Below, piece after piece: positions 59,868-64,000 of a stretch of DNA of 64,000 nucleotides. Numbering within the stretch: the stretch's first letter is position 1; every line of letters begins with the position of its first letter. The notes beneath the pieces are model-generated. The model had not been told where the DNA came from. It saw nothing but the letters and a program-made list of their open reading frames with translations, and did no database searches. This stretch comes from the human T2T-CHM13v2.0 reference genome, Homo sapiens: assembly GCF_009914755.1 (NCBI RefSeq), contig NC_060948.1; one strand, 5' to 3'. A program made the translations under genes and the position numbers.

Positions 59868-61973
59868 AGATCCATATTTTTTAAATGAAAAAAAATTTCA
59901 AAGGTACTCTGCTTGGTACAATAATCAAATGTATAAACTGAGGAATAAAACATAACCATGAAACCTACTTATAACTGCATATGGAAAATACAGAGGATAA
60001 TTTTTTAATTAACATATTTTGAAAGCCTTAACTAGTAATTTGAAGAGTTGGCATTTGAAAGGCCAGTATGAATATACCTTCAAAGCAGCAACACAGGTTC
60101 CCCATGAGAAAAAGCAAACACAGGGAAAATAAAAACACAAAGGTTCAATCTCTTCTGACCTTTGAAAGACACAGCACAGACAGTGGTCCTTAGGACGAAG
60201 AGCAGGAGACCCCTAATTCCGTCACCATGGCGATAGGGCATAAACATTGCTGGGTGAGGGCACAATCCACATTGTGAGGTCCAACTGCTGCCAGGAAGAC
60301 AGGAGTGCTTTTACATAGACCGAAAGGTCATTGAAGGCTCAGAGTTTTGTTTCAAGAACTGAATCCCAAGCCCACACGTTATTAGGCTGCACTTCTTAAA
60401 ACAAGTTATGAGATGGGAAAAAGGGCACCCACAAACATACGTATACATTATGTATATAATAATATACAGTATCATATATATAATATATATAACCTATGTA
60501 TAATATTGTTTTACATCCTGCATCTTATGTTATATATATTGTATAAAATATAATAATTGATAATATATAAGTTTTATATTTATACAATATGACATATAGT
60601 ATATATTATAATTTATGACATATATAATATATGTTATATATCATATATAGAATATATTATACGGTTAATATACGTATTAAATATAAATTATACATTATAT
60701 ATATTATATATAATATATCTGTTATATATAATACCCATTATGCATAATATATATATTATGTCTATGTTATATATAGTATAAAACAACATATAATAATATA
60801 TAATTGTATATATAAAATGCGACATATAATATATATTATATTTTATACCATATGTAATATATATTATATATTATATATAATACGTTGTATGTATAATACG
60901 TATATTAAATATATATTATATGACTATGTTATTAATTACATGTCACATGTGTTATATATTATATATTTTACATAGAATATACCGGTTACATACAATATAT
61001 ACTATGTTACCTATAATGTATAATTTATTACATGTAAAATAAAGAATGCAATATATTATGTATAATTTATAATATACAATATGTGGAATGTGATATATAT
61101 AACATATAATCTATGATATATGATATACAGTATATGATATATAACATACAATATATGATTCCTAATATATATGGTATACAATATATATTTTATGATATGT
61201 ATTCTATATGTTTTATATTCTGTTATATATAACTATTTGAAATTATATATAACTGTATAATATTTTATGTAAATATGTAATATAATATATATAACTATAT
61301 AATATATTATATATAACTATATATTATGTTATATATACTTTTATAACATAATTTACATAAAATATCATAATATAATATATATTATATTATTTCATATTAC
61401 ATAATATATATTACATATCACCCAATATAACTAACATACATAATATTATAATAAAGATTATATTATGTTATATTAAATATCATATATATCATGTATCATA
61501 TATTCTAAATATATATATTACACATTATATAGTATGTATGTTGTCTATTATGTGATATATATAACTATATATATAATTATATTTTTATACATATAACTAG
61601 ATAAACATGTAATTCTACATATTTTCATTTATAATATGTAGAATTATATAATCATATATAATTATTTATATTCTATAAAAAATTTTATCATTATATAAAT
61701 TATAATATATAAAAATTATAATATGTACTACAAATATATATATTATATATCATATATGCTATAGTACCTTTGTTATATATCATAATACATATAAATGTGT
61801 ATTATGTTATCTATAATTATATAATTTCATATATAAGTTGTATAATATGTATCATATATTATATATGTTATGTAATATATATAGTATATATAAGATGACA
61901 CAGGATAAATATTATATACTATGACATATAAAATATATGAGGTTATATGTTACATATAAGGCATAGCACATAA

Positions 61974-62288
<315 letters not shown>

Positions 62289-64000
62289 AGATCCATATTT
62301 TTTAAATGAAAAAAAATTTCAAAGGTACTCTGCTTGGTACAATAATCAAATGTATAAACTGAGGAATAAAACATAACCATGAAACCTACTTATAACTGCA
62401 TATGGAAAATACAGAGGATAATTTTTTAAATAACATATTTTGAAAGCCTTAACTAGTAATTTGAAGAGTTGGCATTTGAAAGGCCAGTATGAATATAACT
62501 TCAAAGCAGCAACACAGGTTCCCCATGAGAAAAAGCAAACACAGGGAAAATAAAAACACAAAGGTTCAATCTCTTCTGACCTTTGAAAGACACAGCACAG
62601 ACAGTGGTCCTTAGGATGAAGAGCAGGAGACCCCTAATTCCGTCACCATGGCGATAGGGCATAAACATTGCTGGGTGAGGGCACAATCCACATTGTGAGG
62701 TCCAACTGCTGCCAGGAAGACAGGAGTGCTTTTACATAGACCGAAAGGTCATTGAAGGCTCAGAGTTTTGTTTCAAGAACTGAATCCCAAGCCCACACGT
62801 TATTAGGCTGCGCTTCTTAAAACAAGTTATGAGATGGGAAAAAGGGCACCCACAAACATACGTATACATTATGTATAATAATATACAGTATCATATATAT
62901 AATATATATAAACTGTGTATAATATTGTTTTACATCCTGCATCTTATGTTATATATATTGTATAAAATATAATAATTGATAATATATAAGTTTTATATTT
63001 ATACAATATGACATATAGTATATATTATAATTTATGACATTTATAATATATGTTATATATCATATATAGAATATATTATACGGTTAATATACGTATTAAA
63101 TATAAATTATACATTATATATATTATATATAATATATCTGTTATATATAATACCCATTATGCATAATATATATATTATGTCTATGTTATATATAGTATAA
63201 AACAACATATAATAATATATAATTGTATATATAAAATGCGACATAGAATATATATTATATTTTATAACATATGTAATATATATTATATATTATATATAAT
63301 ACGTTGTATATATAATACCTATATTAAATATATATTATATGACTATGTTATTAATTACATGTCACATGTGTTATATATTATATATTTTACATAGAATATA
63401 CCGGTTACATACAATATATACTATGTTACCTATAATGTATAATTTATTACATGTAAAATAAAGAATGCAATATATTATGTATAATTTATAATATACAATA
63501 TGTGGAATGTGATATATATAACATATAATATATGATATATGATATACAGTATATGATATATAACATACAATATATGATTCCTAATATATATGGTATACAA
63601 TATATATTTTATGATATGTATTCTATATGTTTTATATTCTGTTATATATAACTATTTGAAATTATATATAACTGTATAATATTTTATGTAAATATGTAAT
63701 ATAATATATATAAATATATAATATATTATATATAACTATATATTATGTTATATATACTTTTATAACATAATTTACATAAAATATCATAATATAATATATA
63801 TTATATTATTTCATATTACATAATATATATTACATATCACCCAATATAACTAACATACATAATATTATAATATAGATTATATTGTGTTATATTAAATATC
63901 ATATATATCATGTATCATATATTCTATAATATATATTACACATTATATAATATGTATGTTGTCTATTATGTGATATATATAACTATATATATAATTATAT

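Overview
The whole 64 kb is one uninterrupted, head-to-tail tandem array of a ~2,420-bp composite satellite: 26 complete units plus 1,080 bp of a 27th, all in the same orientation. Each unit has three parts: a ~1.55-kb degenerate (TA)-rich tract, a 5'-truncated diverged Alu on the minus strand (~292 bp), and a ~570-bp more GC-balanced segment. Unit length, tripartite structure and a predicted 2,146-bp HaeIII fragment match the known human DYZ2 / HSat1B satellite, which is most abundant in Yq12 heterochromatin. The chromosome is inferred, not proven, because related HSat1B arrays occur on acrocentric short arms. There are no credible genes, RNA genes or CRISPR arrays, and the recurring 61/71-aa ORFs are artefacts of the repeat. 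I found no previously undescribed gene system. The second-look signal is in the array's evolution: 3-unit and 2-unit local duplications, mosaic units, variant domains, CpG decay, hidden 7-bp and ~21-bp sub-periodicities, mixed Alu subfamily diagnostics, a possible insertion-site remnant and retained Pol III boxes. Unit starts (aatattgttttacat) are u1 1, u2 2421, u3 4841, u4 7259, u5 9679, u6 12097, u7 14516, u8 16935, u9 19355, u10 21775, u11 24195, u12 26615, u13 29035, u14 31455, u15 33875, u16 36295, u17 38715, u18 41135, u19 43555, u20 45975, u21 48393, u22 50813, u23 53242, u24 55662, u25 58082, u26 60502, u27 62921. Variants were read by eye, not from a computed alignment.
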